Both the position numbers and the translations under genes were made by a program. A stretch of DNA of 64,000 nt, taken from an uncultured Pseudomonadota bacterium. GTDB lineage: Bacteria > Pseudomonadota > Alphaproteobacteria > Rs-D84. The notes under the pieces are model-generated. The model searched no databases. It was not told the origin of the DNA and saw only the letters and a program-made list of their open reading frames with translations. Every line of letters starts with the position of its first letter. Positions within the stretch are counted from its first letter, which is position 1. Of this stretch, positions 50,647 through 61,499 are shown piece by piece. The DNA lies in the NCBI GenBank assembly GCA_902762295.1, contig CACWNX010000001.1:465671-529670 (forward strand). Reading direction: 5' to 3'.

Positions 50647-52359
50647 ATGAAACGGAATAATTGCTGGATATATTTATTACTGGGGGCGATTGTAAATACA
50701 GGTGCAAGCGCCGGTATTCGTGTTGGAAATTTATCACGCAACTATGCCGGAACATCAAAAAATACAATGGCGATTCAGCAACAGTATTATAATACTATCG
50801 CCGAACCCGATGTTCCGGTTGAAACGAAATTACCAATCCAAGTTGCAAATAAAGATATCGCCGACAAAATTCGCAACGGTGACGATAGTGCCCCGACGGA
50901 TATTGAAACACTGAATAAATGCGCAATGATTTATCCTGATGGTGAATTCATATGGGATAAACCAACCTTGGGACGTGGTGCTGGTGGTCCGGCAACATGT
51001 GTGGCGGTTGTCGAGATGCGCGCGATTGGTGCAAACGGATCAAGTGAATATACAACGGTCGCGCGTGGCAAATTGGCGGCGGGTGATGTGTTTAACTGTA
51101 ATATATCGGACTTTCCATCATCATCGTATTTACCCGATATTACGCGTGTGGTTTTCCCTGCAGACAAACGTCCTACCCGTGAAGATGTTATACGCGTCAT
51201 GAACGAAGAACAAAAGAACAAGGCTGGATTAAAAATTGCGGCGGCGGCGCTGGTCGGTGGTGTTGGTGGAAATTTAGTTGGAAAGTCTGCCCCCGGAAGC
51301 GACAGTTTGTTCGGTACTAATCAAGAAAAATTAACAACTACCGCCGAAGGTGCATTACTTGGCGCGGCACTGATGACGGCAAGTACATATTCGGGTAAAG
51401 TCGCCGGTGATGTTATTCTGCACAGTGGTGTAAATGCGGCGGCGGGTGCGGTTGTCGGAAATATGGCGGCGGCGGGTGAATCGGTTTTACGTGTTGAAAA
51501 ATGTGATGATAATGGTGTTGAAAAATCATGTCTGTGGGGAAATGTCATCAAGACCAGTAAAGACACAATTTCAAATGCATTTTACGATGTGAACAGTGGC
51601 GATATTTATGTTTGTGAAGAAACCAAGACAAAGTGCAAACGGGATAATTCACTTGTGTTGAAATCTATTATTGGCAAAGATGGAAAATCTATCGGTTTGT
51701 CTGAATTGACGGGTAATGCGATAAAAAATACTGCAATGGTTTTAGAAGGTCGTGCAACATCATATGTTTGTCGCGATTCCAATAATAATCCCTGCGGCAG
51801 TTCCAGTTATAATGAAATAAACATGCATGAATCAAGTGGCGGTTCAATATATCCGGCGAATGTCGCAAAACGTGCGGGTGCCCCATCGCCGGCGGTAATT
51901 GTTGGATTTCGTGATTCAACATTTGGAACAAAAATTGCCGATTGGTACACCTGGAAGTCGGCAAATGGTAAATCTGCAAGATTATGTCTGCGTGATTCCA
52001 AGGGGAATCCATATAATTGCGATAGCGCAAAAAAGTCGGATGAACAAAATGCGGAAAAAACAGATATAACCGAATATACGATTGACGATTTTTCGCCGAT
52101 AATGCTGGATGCGGATGACGGTGGGGTTGTTGATTTTTCAAACAAGGCACGCCTTGGGTCTACATTAAAGGGCGCGGGTGTCGGTGGTGCATTGGGCGGG
52201 TTCGCCGGATATCAAGGCGCACAAAGCGATATTGAAGAACGTTTTGTTTTGGCGACGCGTGAATATAACGATTCGCTGGAAAAATTCTATTGCGGTTCGG
52301 GTAGAAAATTCTTGTCGTTCTATAACGATGAAATCGTTATACCAGAAGTCAAGAAATAA
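50647..52359 (+). CDS. Secreted hypothetical protein (570 aa)
   Basis: Signal peptide MKRNNCWIYLLLGAIVNTGASA; Gly/Ala-rich segments; several Cys; no family recognised. Confidence 0.5.
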   Translation: MKRNNCWIYLLLGAIVNTGASAGIRVGNLSRNYAGTSKNTMAIQQQYYNTIAEPDVPVETKLPIQVANKDIADKIRNGDDSAPTDIETLNKCAMIYPDGEFIWDKPTLGRGAGGPATCVAVVEMRAIGANGSSEYTTVARGKLAAGDVFNCNISDFPSSSYLPDITRVVFPADKRPTREDVIRVMNEEQKNKAGLKIAAAALVGGVGGNLVGKSAPGSDSLFGTNQEKLTTTAEGALLGAALMTASTYSGKVAGDVILHSGVNAAAGAVVGNMAAAGESVLRVEKCDDNGVEKSCLWGNVIKTSKDTISNAFYDVNSGDIYVCEETKTKCKRDNSLVLKSIIGKDGKSIGLSELTGNAIKNTAMVLEGRATSYVCRDSNNNPCGSSSYNEINMHESSGGSIYPANVAKRAGAPSPAVIVGFRDSTFGTKIADWYTWKSANGKSARLCLRDSKGNPYNCDSAKKSDEQNAEKTDITEYTIDDFSPIMLDADDGGVVDFSNKARLGSTLKGAGVGGALGGFAGYQGAQSDIEERFVLATREYNDSLEKFYCGSGRKFLSFYNDEIVIPEVKK

Positions 52360-52373
52360 TGAAACCCCGATTT

Positions 52374-54362
52374 TTACCACAGTCGTGTACGTTTTTCAGG
52401 CGCGATGTAGAGTTTGTCCGTTTCTTTTACATTAAATGCGTCATACCATGCATCTATGTGTGGCAGTATTCCATTTACACGCCACCGATTTAATGAATGT
52501 TCATCTGTTTTTGTTTGAACCAATACCTGTTCGGGACGAATATTACCCGCCCATGCGCCGGCATATGCGATAAAGAAACGCATGTCCGGTGTTAAATTTA
52601 CAACAGTATCGCATTTATCGCCAAATTTTTTGTATGCAGTGTATGCAATTGTCACACCACCATAGTCGGCCAAATTTTCACCCAGGGTAAATTCTCCGTT
52701 TGCATGAACATTTGGTGCAACCAATATGTTATCAAAATATTTTCGCATAACACCGGCACGCGATTCAAACGCATGCGCATCTGATTCTGTCCACCAATCA
52801 CGCATATTGCCATTTTCATCAAAGTGCCGTCCCATATCGTCAAAACCATGCGTCATTTCATGACCGATAATTGCACCAATCGCACCATAGTTAAACGCAT
52901 CATCTGCATTCATATCAAAGAATGGATATTGCAATATGCCCGCCGGGAAACAAATCTCGTTCGTTGATGGGTCATAGTATGCATTTATTTCGTGTGCGTT
53001 CATGTACCAAATTTCTGGGTCTTTTTCTTTGCCTATTTTTTGCATCCAAAAATCATCTTCAAATTTTGCAACGCGCATCATATTTTCAAACAACGATTCT
53101 TGTTCATCTATGTTCAGTTTGGAATAATCGCGCCATTTATTCGGATAACCAATTTTTGCGCGAAATGCGTTCAATTTTTTTATTGCACTTTTCTTGGTTT
53201 CTTCGGACATCCAATCAAGATTTTCAATTCGTAATTTATATGCACGGCGCAAATTTTCTACCAATTTTTCCATACGTTTTTTTGCCGCCGCCGGAAAGTA
53301 TTTTTCAATATATAACCGACCAATTTCTTCACCAATTGTTCCGTCCAATATTCCAACCGCGCGTTTCCAACGTGGTTTCTTTTCTTTTTGTCCGGACATT
53401 TCACGATTAAAGAAATCAAATGATATATCGTATGTTGCATCATCAACAAAGGTGTCTGCGGCAAGAATTACGCGGTATTTCAAATATGTTTTTATCAAAT
53501 CTAAATCGGTATCGTTTATTATCGCAATCGATTCGCGAATTGCGTCTGGTTGACCGATATTGATAAATTCTGCGGCATTTGCACCACGCGCATCAAAATA
53601 TTTTTTCCAATCAAATCCGGAATAGTCGTGCATAAAATTATCGCGTGATATTTTATGATAGTTTGCGTGTGGGTCGCGCAAGACCTCTTTGGTATGAAAA
53701 GATTTTGCCATGCGATGTTCTAAATCAAAAATTTTCTTTGCATCATTTTTTAATCCAAAATTTTTCATTTGTGATGCAATAAACTCAACATACTTTTTGC
53801 GTATGTGCCGGGTTCGTTCGTCATCATCAAAATAGTAATCACGTGACAAACCAATTCCACCCTGACCAATGTTATAGAGATAGTGTTCGCTGTCGCGTTC
53901 ATCCAATGCAACGCCATCCGACCAAAATGATGAAATATATCCATGTATTTTTCCCATGTATTCAGGTAATTCAGATTTGCTTTTTATTGCATCTATTTCA
54001 TCAAAATATTTTTTTACAGGCGATGTTTTTTCGCTATTTAATTTACCTGTGTCCATTGCGATTTTATATATTTTGCCAATTTTACCACTGTCATTTTCGG
54101 CAATTTCACGAACACGCATCAGGTTTGTATCGTGCAATATATCAAACACACCATACCGTGTATAGTCATCGGGTATTGGGTTTGCACGCCGCCACCGCAG
54201 TGTCACATAGTCAAAAAAGTCATCCGCCGGATTTACAGAACTGTCAATGTTTTCAACTTGCAAACCAATATTCATCGTATTACCCCCTTTGTAAAAAATT
54301 GCAACCAGTGTGATAAAAAACACACCAATTATTCCCAAAATATTTAACCAAGTATGTCGCAT
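52374..54362 (-). CDS. pepO: M13-family zinc metallo-endopeptidase (PepO/neprilysin-like)
   Basis: N-terminal TM/signal; zinc motif IGHEMTHGFD; second motif ENLADYGG; 662 aa. Confidence 0.85.
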   Translation of the reverse strand: MRHTWLNILGIIGVFFITLVAIFYKGGNTMNIGLQVENIDSSVNPADDFFDYVTLRWRRANPIPDDYTRYGVFDILHDTNLMRVREIAENDSGKIGKIYKIAMDTGKLNSEKTSPVKKYFDEIDAIKSKSELPEYMGKIHGYISSFWSDGVALDERDSEHYLYNIGQGGIGLSRDYYFDDDERTRHIRKKYVEFIASQMKNFGLKNDAKKIFDLEHRMAKSFHTKEVLRDPHANYHKISRDNFMHDYSGFDWKKYFDARGANAAEFINIGQPDAIRESIAIINDTDLDLIKTYLKYRVILAADTFVDDATYDISFDFFNREMSGQKEKKPRWKRAVGILDGTIGEEIGRLYIEKYFPAAAKKRMEKLVENLRRAYKLRIENLDWMSEETKKSAIKKLNAFRAKIGYPNKWRDYSKLNIDEQESLFENMMRVAKFEDDFWMQKIGKEKDPEIWYMNAHEINAYYDPSTNEICFPAGILQYPFFDMNADDAFNYGAIGAIIGHEMTHGFDDMGRHFDENGNMRDWWTESDAHAFESRAGVMRKYFDNILVAPNVHANGEFTLGENLADYGGVTIAYTAYKKFGDKCDTVVNLTPDMRFFIAYAGAWAGNIRPEQVLVQTKTDEHSLNRWRVNGILPHIDAWYDAFNVKETDKLYIAPEKRTRLW

Positions 54363-54363
54363 T

Positions 54364-55419
54364 TTACTTCACCAATTTTTCAATTAAATCGTCCAGAACT
54401 AATATTCCCGAATCGGTCGTTGAAATTCGGTCGCCATGAAACACTAGCATATCCGGATGTGATTTTGCAAATTCCAAATTTAATATTTTTTCAATATCAG
54501 AATCTATACGGGTGCCACGCGTTGTTCGCATGCCGGTTATAATGCGTTCGACGGCACGGTCATGGTTCGATATTTCTTGAAATAATGCACCGCCCCCCAT
54601 TTGTTCATACCATGTGCCATTCATAAATATTCGCCCCGCCGCACCGGTGCCAATCCCAATATATGGTTCGCCATCCCAAACATTTTGGTTGTGACGGCAT
54701 TCATAACCATTGGTGGCATAATTAGACACTTCGTATCGTGGTAAATTCAGTGTTCCACCAATCGCCGTATACATTGTTGCCATTGTCGCGTTGTCTGGCA
54801 TATTCAGTTTCATTGTGCTAAACGGAGTGTCTGGTTCGATTGTTAATTCATACATTGAACAGTGTGTAATACCAATCTGGTTTATCTGTTCGCATGTGTG
54901 AATTACGTCATCAACGGTTTCATCGGGCAGTCCATAGATAAAGTCGCAGGAAACACGAATTTTATGTTTTGATGCATTTTCAATTAAAATCATTGCATCA
55001 TTTGCATTATGAATTCGCCCAAGGAATTTTAATTTTTCATCATTAAATGATTGTACACCAATTGACAGGCGGTTCATACCAATTTCGCAAAATTCGGTCA
55101 GTTTATTATTATCCAGTGTTTTGGGATTTGATTCAATTGTAATTTCCGCATTATCTGACACATTAAAATTTTTTCGTATTTCTGATATTATTCGTGCAAA
55201 TGTTTTGACCGGCATCAGCGACGGTGTCCCACCACCAAAAAATATTGTTGGCACAGTCGTTTTTTCAAGTTTTTTACCCCAATATCCGATTTCGTTTATA
55301 ATTTTATTTTCGTAATCATCCCAGTTAGTATTTGTGCAGGCATGTGAAAAAAATGCGCAATAGTTGCACTTTTTAATACAAAATGGCACATGAATATAAA
55401 TGTTGTGTGTTTTTTTCAT
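54364..55419 (-). CDS. hemW: Radical-SAM heme chaperone HemW (HemN-like)
   Basis: ..IYIHVPFCIKKCNYCAF.. CxxxCxxC radical-SAM cluster; ..FFGGGTPSL..; 351 aa. Confidence 0.8.
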   Translation of the reverse strand: MKKTHNIYIHVPFCIKKCNYCAFFSHACTNTNWDDYENKIINEIGYWGKKLEKTTVPTIFFGGGTPSLMPVKTFARIISEIRKNFNVSDNAEITIESNPKTLDNNKLTEFCEIGMNRLSIGVQSFNDEKLKFLGRIHNANDAMILIENASKHKIRVSCDFIYGLPDETVDDVIHTCEQINQIGITHCSMYELTIEPDTPFSTMKLNMPDNATMATMYTAIGGTLNLPRYEVSNYATNGYECRHNQNVWDGEPYIGIGTGAAGRIFMNGTWYEQMGGGALFQEISNHDRAVERIITGMRTTRGTRIDSDIEKILNLEFAKSHPDMLVFHGDRISTTDSGILVLDDLIEKLVK

Positions 55420-55514
55420 ACTGGGACAATATTACAACCCTTTTATTTAGTGGCAAGTGATAAATTGCTTTTTCTGAGATAAATTTTGTGATATAATGTG
55501 TCAAGATTTAAGGA

Positions 55515-57086
55515 ATGAGAAAGGGTTTAATTTCAATTTTGCCGATAATGTTGATTCATTGTGGGGTATTTGCCGCCAATGAAGGGGTGCCGGTTTATTA
55601 TCAAAAATCTGTTGATGCGACAACGAATCAGAAAAATTATGGCAACTATGCAAACCAAGGCTATACCAAGTATGTCGGACAATCTGGTTCAAAACAGGTT
55701 GTCGGCACACGTTCTTACACTTACCAGCGCGAATTACCGCGTGTTCAAGAAACGGTTTCAATTACCGATGGTATAACATATGCCAACGCATCAACAATGA
55801 CCACAAATGGTGTCGCGATGCCGGTGGAATCAGAACCGCGAACACATATTTATGGTGGGTATTCTCGCAGATTTGCAGATTTTGAATTCCAGACCGGTGT
55901 AAATTCCGTATTGGAATGGGATGACATGATATTTAACGAATTTACGGTTGGCGCGCGTCATAATTTTGGTCTGCGAAAATTTGATTTGTTCGCATTTGGT
56001 GAATACAGGTATGGCGACATGGATCATGGCGGACTGTCAATGGATTATGATTTGGAACCGTATGATTGGAATAATCCGACCGATGGTATATTTACGGTGT
56101 CTGTGGGAAATCAAACAGGTAAAACCCAGAATTTGCGTTTGGGACTGGGGGCACATCATATATGGGATATTGCCGGGTGGAAGATTTCACCAGTTGTTGG
56201 CTATGAAATTTTTAAACATGATTTGAAAATGTCGGATCATCTGTACCCAAATCCGGGTATATATTTGCCGTTGATGACAAATTTAGGTGATTATGTATAT
56301 GGTGATGCAGATGGAAATTTCTTTTCTATGCCAACCGATATTGCCCCCCCAGATAATTGGTACCAGGTTTGTATGGGTCCCGAAGATATTAAATTGGTTG
56401 ACCAGGTTGGAACGACTTATGGATATATAACAGACCTTGGGACGACATTAACCATGAATGACTATGACCCAAATATGGGCATTATTCCATGGGGTGTTGA
56501 TTATGGTGAATGTGTAATTATCGGTGGTGATGGCCCAATCAAAGTTGGTGGGTTGACGCATATTTATAACACGACATGGAGTGGTTTTTATTTCGGGCTT
56601 GAAATAGAAAAACGTGTCACATTTTCTGATAAATTGCGCTTTTATTTCCAGGTCAGTTTGCCGAAATATTCGTCCGAAGGTATTTGGCCGAATCGAACCG
56701 ATTGGCAACAAAACCCAAGTTTCTTGGACGAAGGCAGCAATGGTGCATATTCGTATACCGCAGAAATGGAATACAGTCTGCGTTTGTCGTCCCGTCTGGG
56801 GTTGTCGTTAAAGGTTGATATGAACACATTCCATGTTGGTAATATCCCGGGTCAACTTTATATTGCCGGTCATACCGATTATGTTTACGATGAAAATGGC
56901 CAATTGATATTCCATGAAGTTATTGACCCGGCAACCGGTTTGCCAATTGTTGATTCATCGGGCCAGCCGTTGTTGTACCCAGAAACCGAAGATGTTCCGG
57001 CGCACACCGAATATATCAGTGATTCATTGAAACATGCAACCTGGCAATCATTTGGTGTCCATTTGAATTTGAAATTTGCATTTTAA
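55515..57086 (+). CDS. Outer-membrane beta-barrel protein (523 aa)
   Basis: Signal peptide MRKGLISILPIMLIHCGVFAA; aromatic-rich alternating strands; C-terminal ..VHLNLKFAF. The start is uncertain because the RBS spacing is poor. Confidence 0.55.
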   Translation: MRKGLISILPIMLIHCGVFAANEGVPVYYQKSVDATTNQKNYGNYANQGYTKYVGQSGSKQVVGTRSYTYQRELPRVQETVSITDGITYANASTMTTNGVAMPVESEPRTHIYGGYSRRFADFEFQTGVNSVLEWDDMIFNEFTVGARHNFGLRKFDLFAFGEYRYGDMDHGGLSMDYDLEPYDWNNPTDGIFTVSVGNQTGKTQNLRLGLGAHHIWDIAGWKISPVVGYEIFKHDLKMSDHLYPNPGIYLPLMTNLGDYVYGDADGNFFSMPTDIAPPDNWYQVCMGPEDIKLVDQVGTTYGYITDLGTTLTMNDYDPNMGIIPWGVDYGECVIIGGDGPIKVGGLTHIYNTTWSGFYFGLEIEKRVTFSDKLRFYFQVSLPKYSSEGIWPNRTDWQQNPSFLDEGSNGAYSYTAEMEYSLRLSSRLGLSLKVDMNTFHVGNIPGQLYIAGHTDYVYDENGQLIFHEVIDPATGLPIVDSSGQPLLYPETEDVPAHTEYISDSLKHATWQSFGVHLNLKFAF

Positions 57087-57098
57087 CGGGGGTAAAAT

Positions 57099-58133
57099 AT
57101 GCGTTGTTCCGTTATTGCATCTGTGATTTTTCTTGGAATTGGTTCAATTACTGCATTTGCAGATTCCGGCGATTTTGATATGTCGCGTTGGGAAGCGGTG
57201 ATGTCAGATATTCGCAGTCGTGCCGCCACCCAAAACATATCAGACGATACTATAAATGCGACACTAAAAAATCCGGCGTTTATACCGTCTATTGTCAAAA
57301 GTGACAAAAACCAGTCTGAATTTAAATTAACACTGGATGAATACCTTGGACGAACGGTCAATTCTACGCGTGTTTCACGTGGACGTCAAATGCGCGGGAA
57401 ATACCCAACACTGCTTAATCGTATAGATAATGATTATGGTGTCCCACCACATATTATTTTGGCATTCTGGGGGATGGAGTCGAACTATGGCGAAGTGAAA
57501 TCTCGTCATCGTTTGGTAGACGCGTTTTTTACACTGATATATGACGGCCGTCGTGAAAAGTTCTTTTCAGACCAGTTATTGGCGCTGATGAAAATTTCCG
57601 ATAAAAATGGGCTTGATATAAATAAAATCCGTGGCAGTTGGGCGGGCGCAATGGGGCATTTCCAATTTATTCCAACAACATTGGCATCATATGGGGTTGA
57701 TGGAAATTCGGATGGACGCGTTGATATTATTGACAGTATCGGCGATGCAATGGCCAGTGCGGGAAATTACCTTAATAAACTGGGGTGGGATAAACGCCAA
57801 AAGATTGCCCGTCGTGTTGCGATACCGGCGAATTTTGATAAATCATTGCTTGATGGCAAAACCAAGAAATCATTGAATGATTGGGCGACTATGGGTGTTG
57901 TAAATTCCGATGGTACACCGATTCCCCGGGGTGAAATGGTCGCGGGTCTGGTTGCGGATGTTGCGAATTTGAATGCGTCCGAATCCGATGAGTATAATCC
58001 AGATGTTGATGTTGCGCCAATGCCGATGGTGACGGCATATTTGACCTATCCAAATTTCTATCGCATTAAAAAGTGGAATAATTCTAACTGGTATGCGATT
58101 GCAATTTCTGAATTAGCCGAAAAATTGAAGTAA
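57099..58133 (+). CDS. Lytic murein transglycosylase (MltB/SltB family)
   Basis: Signal peptide; ..AFWGMESNYGEV.. and ..AGAMGHFQFIPTT..GVDGNSDGRVDI.. match lytic transglycosylase family signatures. Confidence 0.75.
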   Translation: MRCSVIASVIFLGIGSITAFADSGDFDMSRWEAVMSDIRSRAATQNISDDTINATLKNPAFIPSIVKSDKNQSEFKLTLDEYLGRTVNSTRVSRGRQMRGKYPTLLNRIDNDYGVPPHIILAFWGMESNYGEVKSRHRLVDAFFTLIYDGRREKFFSDQLLALMKISDKNGLDINKIRGSWAGAMGHFQFIPTTLASYGVDGNSDGRVDIIDSIGDAMASAGNYLNKLGWDKRQKIARRVAIPANFDKSLLDGKTKKSLNDWATMGVVNSDGTPIPRGEMVAGLVADVANLNASESDEYNPDVDVAPMPMVTAYLTYPNFYRIKKWNNSNWYAIAISELAEKLK

Positions 58134-58176
58134 ATAATCAGTGCCACCGGTAAAAAAATAAAAAGATTGCGAAAAT

Positions 58177-58204
58177 TTGCATTGTTTGATATTCTTTGTA
58201 TAGT
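58177..58204 (+). promoter_or_regulatory. Candidate sigma70 promoter for olsB-olsA
   Basis: TTGCAT, 16-nt spacer, TATAGT; AAAAGG RBS before the ATG at 58228. Confidence 0.4.
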
Positions 58205-58227
58205 ACTGAAAACCAAAAGGTTATTTT

Positions 58228-59184
58228 ATGGCTATCAAGGTTCGTGATTTTGAAGTGCGTCTTACACGGAACAAAGAAGAACGTCGCATGGTGCGCCAAT
58301 TGCGATATGATGTTTTTGTTGCAGAAGAGGGCGCAACCCCAACCCCCGAACAACAGGAATTACACGAAGAATTTGACGAATTTGATAAATATGCCGAATA
58401 TATGGCGGTGTTTCATGATGGAAAAATTGTTGGGACATATCGTATTATTGATAAAAAGGCGGCGGATAAGATGGGTGGTTTCTATACCGAAACCGAATTT
58501 AATATATCAAAAATTAAAAAGGCATCTGATAATATTGCGGAAATGTCGCGCGCATGTGTTGCGGCCCAGTATCGTGAAAATGCGCTGGTGATGCGTATGC
58601 TCTGGGCGGGGCTAAGCGAATATGTCCTGCGTCGTCGGATTGCGGTTTTATTTGGTGTTGCATCATGGGTTGGCCAGAAACCGGTTGAATCGGCCCAGGC
58701 AATATCATATCTGTACTATAATCACTTATCGCCAATGCGCCTGCGTGCACGCGTGATACCGGAAAACTTTGCCGATGGTGCCGACCCACGAATGTCAAAG
58801 ATGAATATATTGCCACGTGCATTCGTTGACGAAGATGTCGCGAAAAAGCAAATGACACCCCTTATCAAGGGATACTTGCGTATGGGTGCCACATTTGGCC
58901 AGGGGGTTTTTATTGACAAACCATTTAATACATATGATGTGTTCGTTATGATGCAGACGAAAAATATGGATGCGGCATATCAAAAACACTTCTATGGACG
59001 TGAAAATGCACTGGAACACTTGGATGTGAAAAAGCGGCCAATGCAAACACTTGGCAAAATTATGTTATTGCCGATAACTGGGCCACTAAATATGCTGGGG
59101 GCGTTTTTTGAATTTTTATTGCGCGAAGATGCGGCAGATGCCGAATTCATAGATGACAGTAATGAAACGGACGAGGATAGATAG
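58228..59184 (+). CDS. olsB: Ornithine N-acyltransferase (ornithine-lipid synthesis, OlsB-like)
   Basis: ..MVRQLRYDVFVAEEGA.. is typical of OlsB/hemolysin-like GNAT. It is immediately followed by a PlsC-family acyltransferase, matching the olsBA arrangement. Confidence 0.7.
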   Translation: MAIKVRDFEVRLTRNKEERRMVRQLRYDVFVAEEGATPTPEQQELHEEFDEFDKYAEYMAVFHDGKIVGTYRIIDKKAADKMGGFYTETEFNISKIKKASDNIAEMSRACVAAQYRENALVMRMLWAGLSEYVLRRRIAVLFGVASWVGQKPVESAQAISYLYYNHLSPMRLRARVIPENFADGADPRMSKMNILPRAFVDEDVAKKQMTPLIKGYLRMGATFGQGVFIDKPFNTYDVFVMMQTKNMDAAYQKHFYGRENALEHLDVKKRPMQTLGKIMLLPITGPLNMLGAFFEFLLREDAADAEFIDDSNETDEDR

Positions 59185-59186
59185 AT

Positions 59187-60044
59187 ATGGCGCAGGTTCG
59201 TAAACAAAATATCTTTAACACAATCACGGGTACACTGCGTTTTACGGCGTTTTGGGTTATGGTCGTGGTTCAGTTGCCGATATTGTTTTTGTTGCCTGCA
59301 CGCAGTAAAATCGCGGTAAAATATATGGCGGTGTTTATGAAAATATTATTGGTGTTGGCCAATATAAAGATTGTTCGCCATGGTCAGATATCAAAAAAAC
59401 GTCCATTGTTGGTTGCCGGAAATCATATATCGGTGTTTGAAATCGCAACATATCCCGTAATGTTCGGGGGCAGTTTTATTTCAAAAAATGATGTTCGGAA
59501 ATGGCCGATTGTTGGTTGGGTTGCGAATAAATTCGGGGTTGTGTTTGTTGATCGTCGTCCGTCACATGCCGCGGATGCGCTGGCCCAGGTGCAACATGCG
59601 ATATCAACTATATCATATCCATTATATATTTTCCCTGAAGGCACAACGACAAATGGTGCATATGTAAAAGAATTTAAAAGCAGTCTGTTCAATGTCGCCG
59701 AAGGAACCGATGTCACGGTTCAACCAGTTGTTGTCCAGTATTGTTTTCATGATGGTACCCCAATTGGTGAAAATGACTTGGCAGAGCACTTTGCATATTT
59801 TGATAATGCAAAACAGACCCAGGGTCCAAAATGTTCACGTGAACGCAGTGCATTTGGTCAAATCTTTCACGTAATGGTTTTGGGCGGATTTACCGTAAAT
59901 GTTTATATGTTGCCGCCGCCGCCGCTGGCGGGTATGGACAGAAAACAAATAGCACAAGAAATGCACAAAATTATTTCAGATAAATATACAGAAATTCAAA
60001 ACAAAGGCAGTAAAAATGAAGACAGCAATAACACCAACGCGTAA
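59187..60044 (+). CDS. olsA: Lyso-ornithine lipid O-acyltransferase (PlsC family, OlsA-like)
   Basis: N-terminal TM; acyltransferase motifs AGNHISVFE (HX4D/E) and FPEGTTTNG. Confidence 0.7.
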   Translation: MAQVRKQNIFNTITGTLRFTAFWVMVVVQLPILFLLPARSKIAVKYMAVFMKILLVLANIKIVRHGQISKKRPLLVAGNHISVFEIATYPVMFGGSFISKNDVRKWPIVGWVANKFGVVFVDRRPSHAADALAQVQHAISTISYPLYIFPEGTTTNGAYVKEFKSSLFNVAEGTDVTVQPVVVQYCFHDGTPIGENDLAEHFAYFDNAKQTQGPKCSRERSAFGQIFHVMVLGGFTVNVYMLPPPPLAGMDRKQIAQEMHKIISDKYTEIQNKGSKNEDSNNTNA

Positions 60045-61455
60045 TGAAAATTTCAGTGAATGGTATCAAAATGTAATTGTTGCCGCCGATTTGGCGGAAA
60101 ATGCACCTGTGCGTGGTTGTATGACGATAAAGCCCTATGGTTGGGCAATTTGGGAACTGATGCGCGATGAAATGGATAAACGGATTAAGGCAGCGGGTGT
60201 CTTGAATGCGAATTTTCCGTTGTTGATTCCGATTGAGTTTTTTAATAAAGAGGCCGAACATGTCGCCGGATTCGCAAAAGAGGCGGCGGTTGTCACACAT
60301 TATCGTTTGAAAATGATAGATGGTAAGTTGCAACCAGATCCAGAATCTAAATTGACCGAACCGTATATAATTCGCCCTACGTCGGAAACGATTATTGGCG
60401 AAGCAATGGCACGTTGGGTCCATTCTTATCGTGATTTGCCATTGAAATTAAATCAGTGGGTAAATGTTATGCGTTGGGAAATGCGGCCGCGTATGTTCTT
60501 GCGTACATCGGAATTCAACTGGCAAGAAGGTCATAATGTGTTTGCAACACATGAAGATGCAAACGAAGATGCACGCAAAATGCATCGGGTGTATGGCGAC
60601 TATATGCGCGATGTTTTGGCGATTCCATGTATTATGGGGGAAAAAACACCCGAAGAACGATTTGCCGGTGCCGACCACACATATACAATTGAAGAAATTA
60701 TGCAGGACGGCAAAGCGCTTCAGGCGGGAACTTCGCATGACTTGGGACAACATTTTGCAAAATCGTTCGGTATAGAGTATCTTGGGACCGATGGCAAATT
60801 GAATTATGCATGGACGACATCGTGGGGCACATCAACGCGTATGATGGGTGGACTGATTATGACACACAGTGATGATGATGGTTTGATTTTGCCACCCGCC
60901 GTTGCCCCGTACCAGGTTGTGATTATTCCAATCACGCGTAGTGACGAAGATATGGCGGCAATGAATGAATTTGTTAAAAATTTGGAATCACAGTTGCATG
61001 ACAAAAATATACGCGTGTTGGTTGATAATTCCGATATGCGCGCACCCGATAAAATGTGGAAGTGGATTAAACGCGGTGTACCACTGCGTGCCGAAATTGG
61101 TTCGCGAGAGGTTGAAACCGGAACGGTCACATTAACACGTCGTGACATTGGTAAATCATCGCGCGAAACGATATCGGTTGCCGATTTTGGCGATGTTGTG
61201 TTGGAAAAGTTGGGTGCTATGCAACGCGATATGTTTGTTGCGGCATCTGAACGGAACAAGAAAATGATTCACGATGTAAAAAATCTGACAGAGTTAGAAT
61301 CTGCATTGTCAGACGGCAAGATTGGTTTTTTCCGCGTTAAATACAGCGAAACACAAAATGAAAAATTTGACGCGTTGGTGGAAAAATACAAGATATCGCG
61401 GCGATGCCTTGATGATTCCGACCCGAACTTTGTGTTCGTTGCGAAATCGTACTAA
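60016..61455 (+). CDS. proS: Prolyl-tRNA synthetase, archaeal/eukaryote-like type (no INS editing domain, C-terminal Zn-binding domain)
   Basis: MKTAITPTRNENFSEWYQNVIVAADLAE..RGCMTIKPYGWAIWE.. and C-terminal ..VFVAKSY are colinear with the Thermus-type ProRS. Overlaps the olsA 3' end by 29 nt. Confidence 0.85.
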   Translation: MKTAITPTRNENFSEWYQNVIVAADLAENAPVRGCMTIKPYGWAIWELMRDEMDKRIKAAGVLNANFPLLIPIEFFNKEAEHVAGFAKEAAVVTHYRLKMIDGKLQPDPESKLTEPYIIRPTSETIIGEAMARWVHSYRDLPLKLNQWVNVMRWEMRPRMFLRTSEFNWQEGHNVFATHEDANEDARKMHRVYGDYMRDVLAIPCIMGEKTPEERFAGADHTYTIEEIMQDGKALQAGTSHDLGQHFAKSFGIEYLGTDGKLNYAWTTSWGTSTRMMGGLIMTHSDDDGLILPPAVAPYQVVIIPITRSDEDMAAMNEFVKNLESQLHDKNIRVLVDNSDMRAPDKMWKWIKRGVPLRAEIGSREVETGTVTLTRRDIGKSSRETISVADFGDVVLEKLGAMQRDMFVAASERNKKMIHDVKNLTELESALSDGKIGFFRVKYSETQNEKFDALVEKYKISRRCLDDSDPNFVFVAKSY

Positions 61456-61490
61456 TAAAAACCCCGGGCATTTGCCCGGTGTTTTTATTA
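61455..61490. terminator. Bidirectional terminator between convergent proS and GlyRS genes
   Basis: aaaaACCCCGGGCAtttGCCCGGTGttttt. Confidence 0.65.
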
Positions 61491-61499
61491 GTTCGTTAT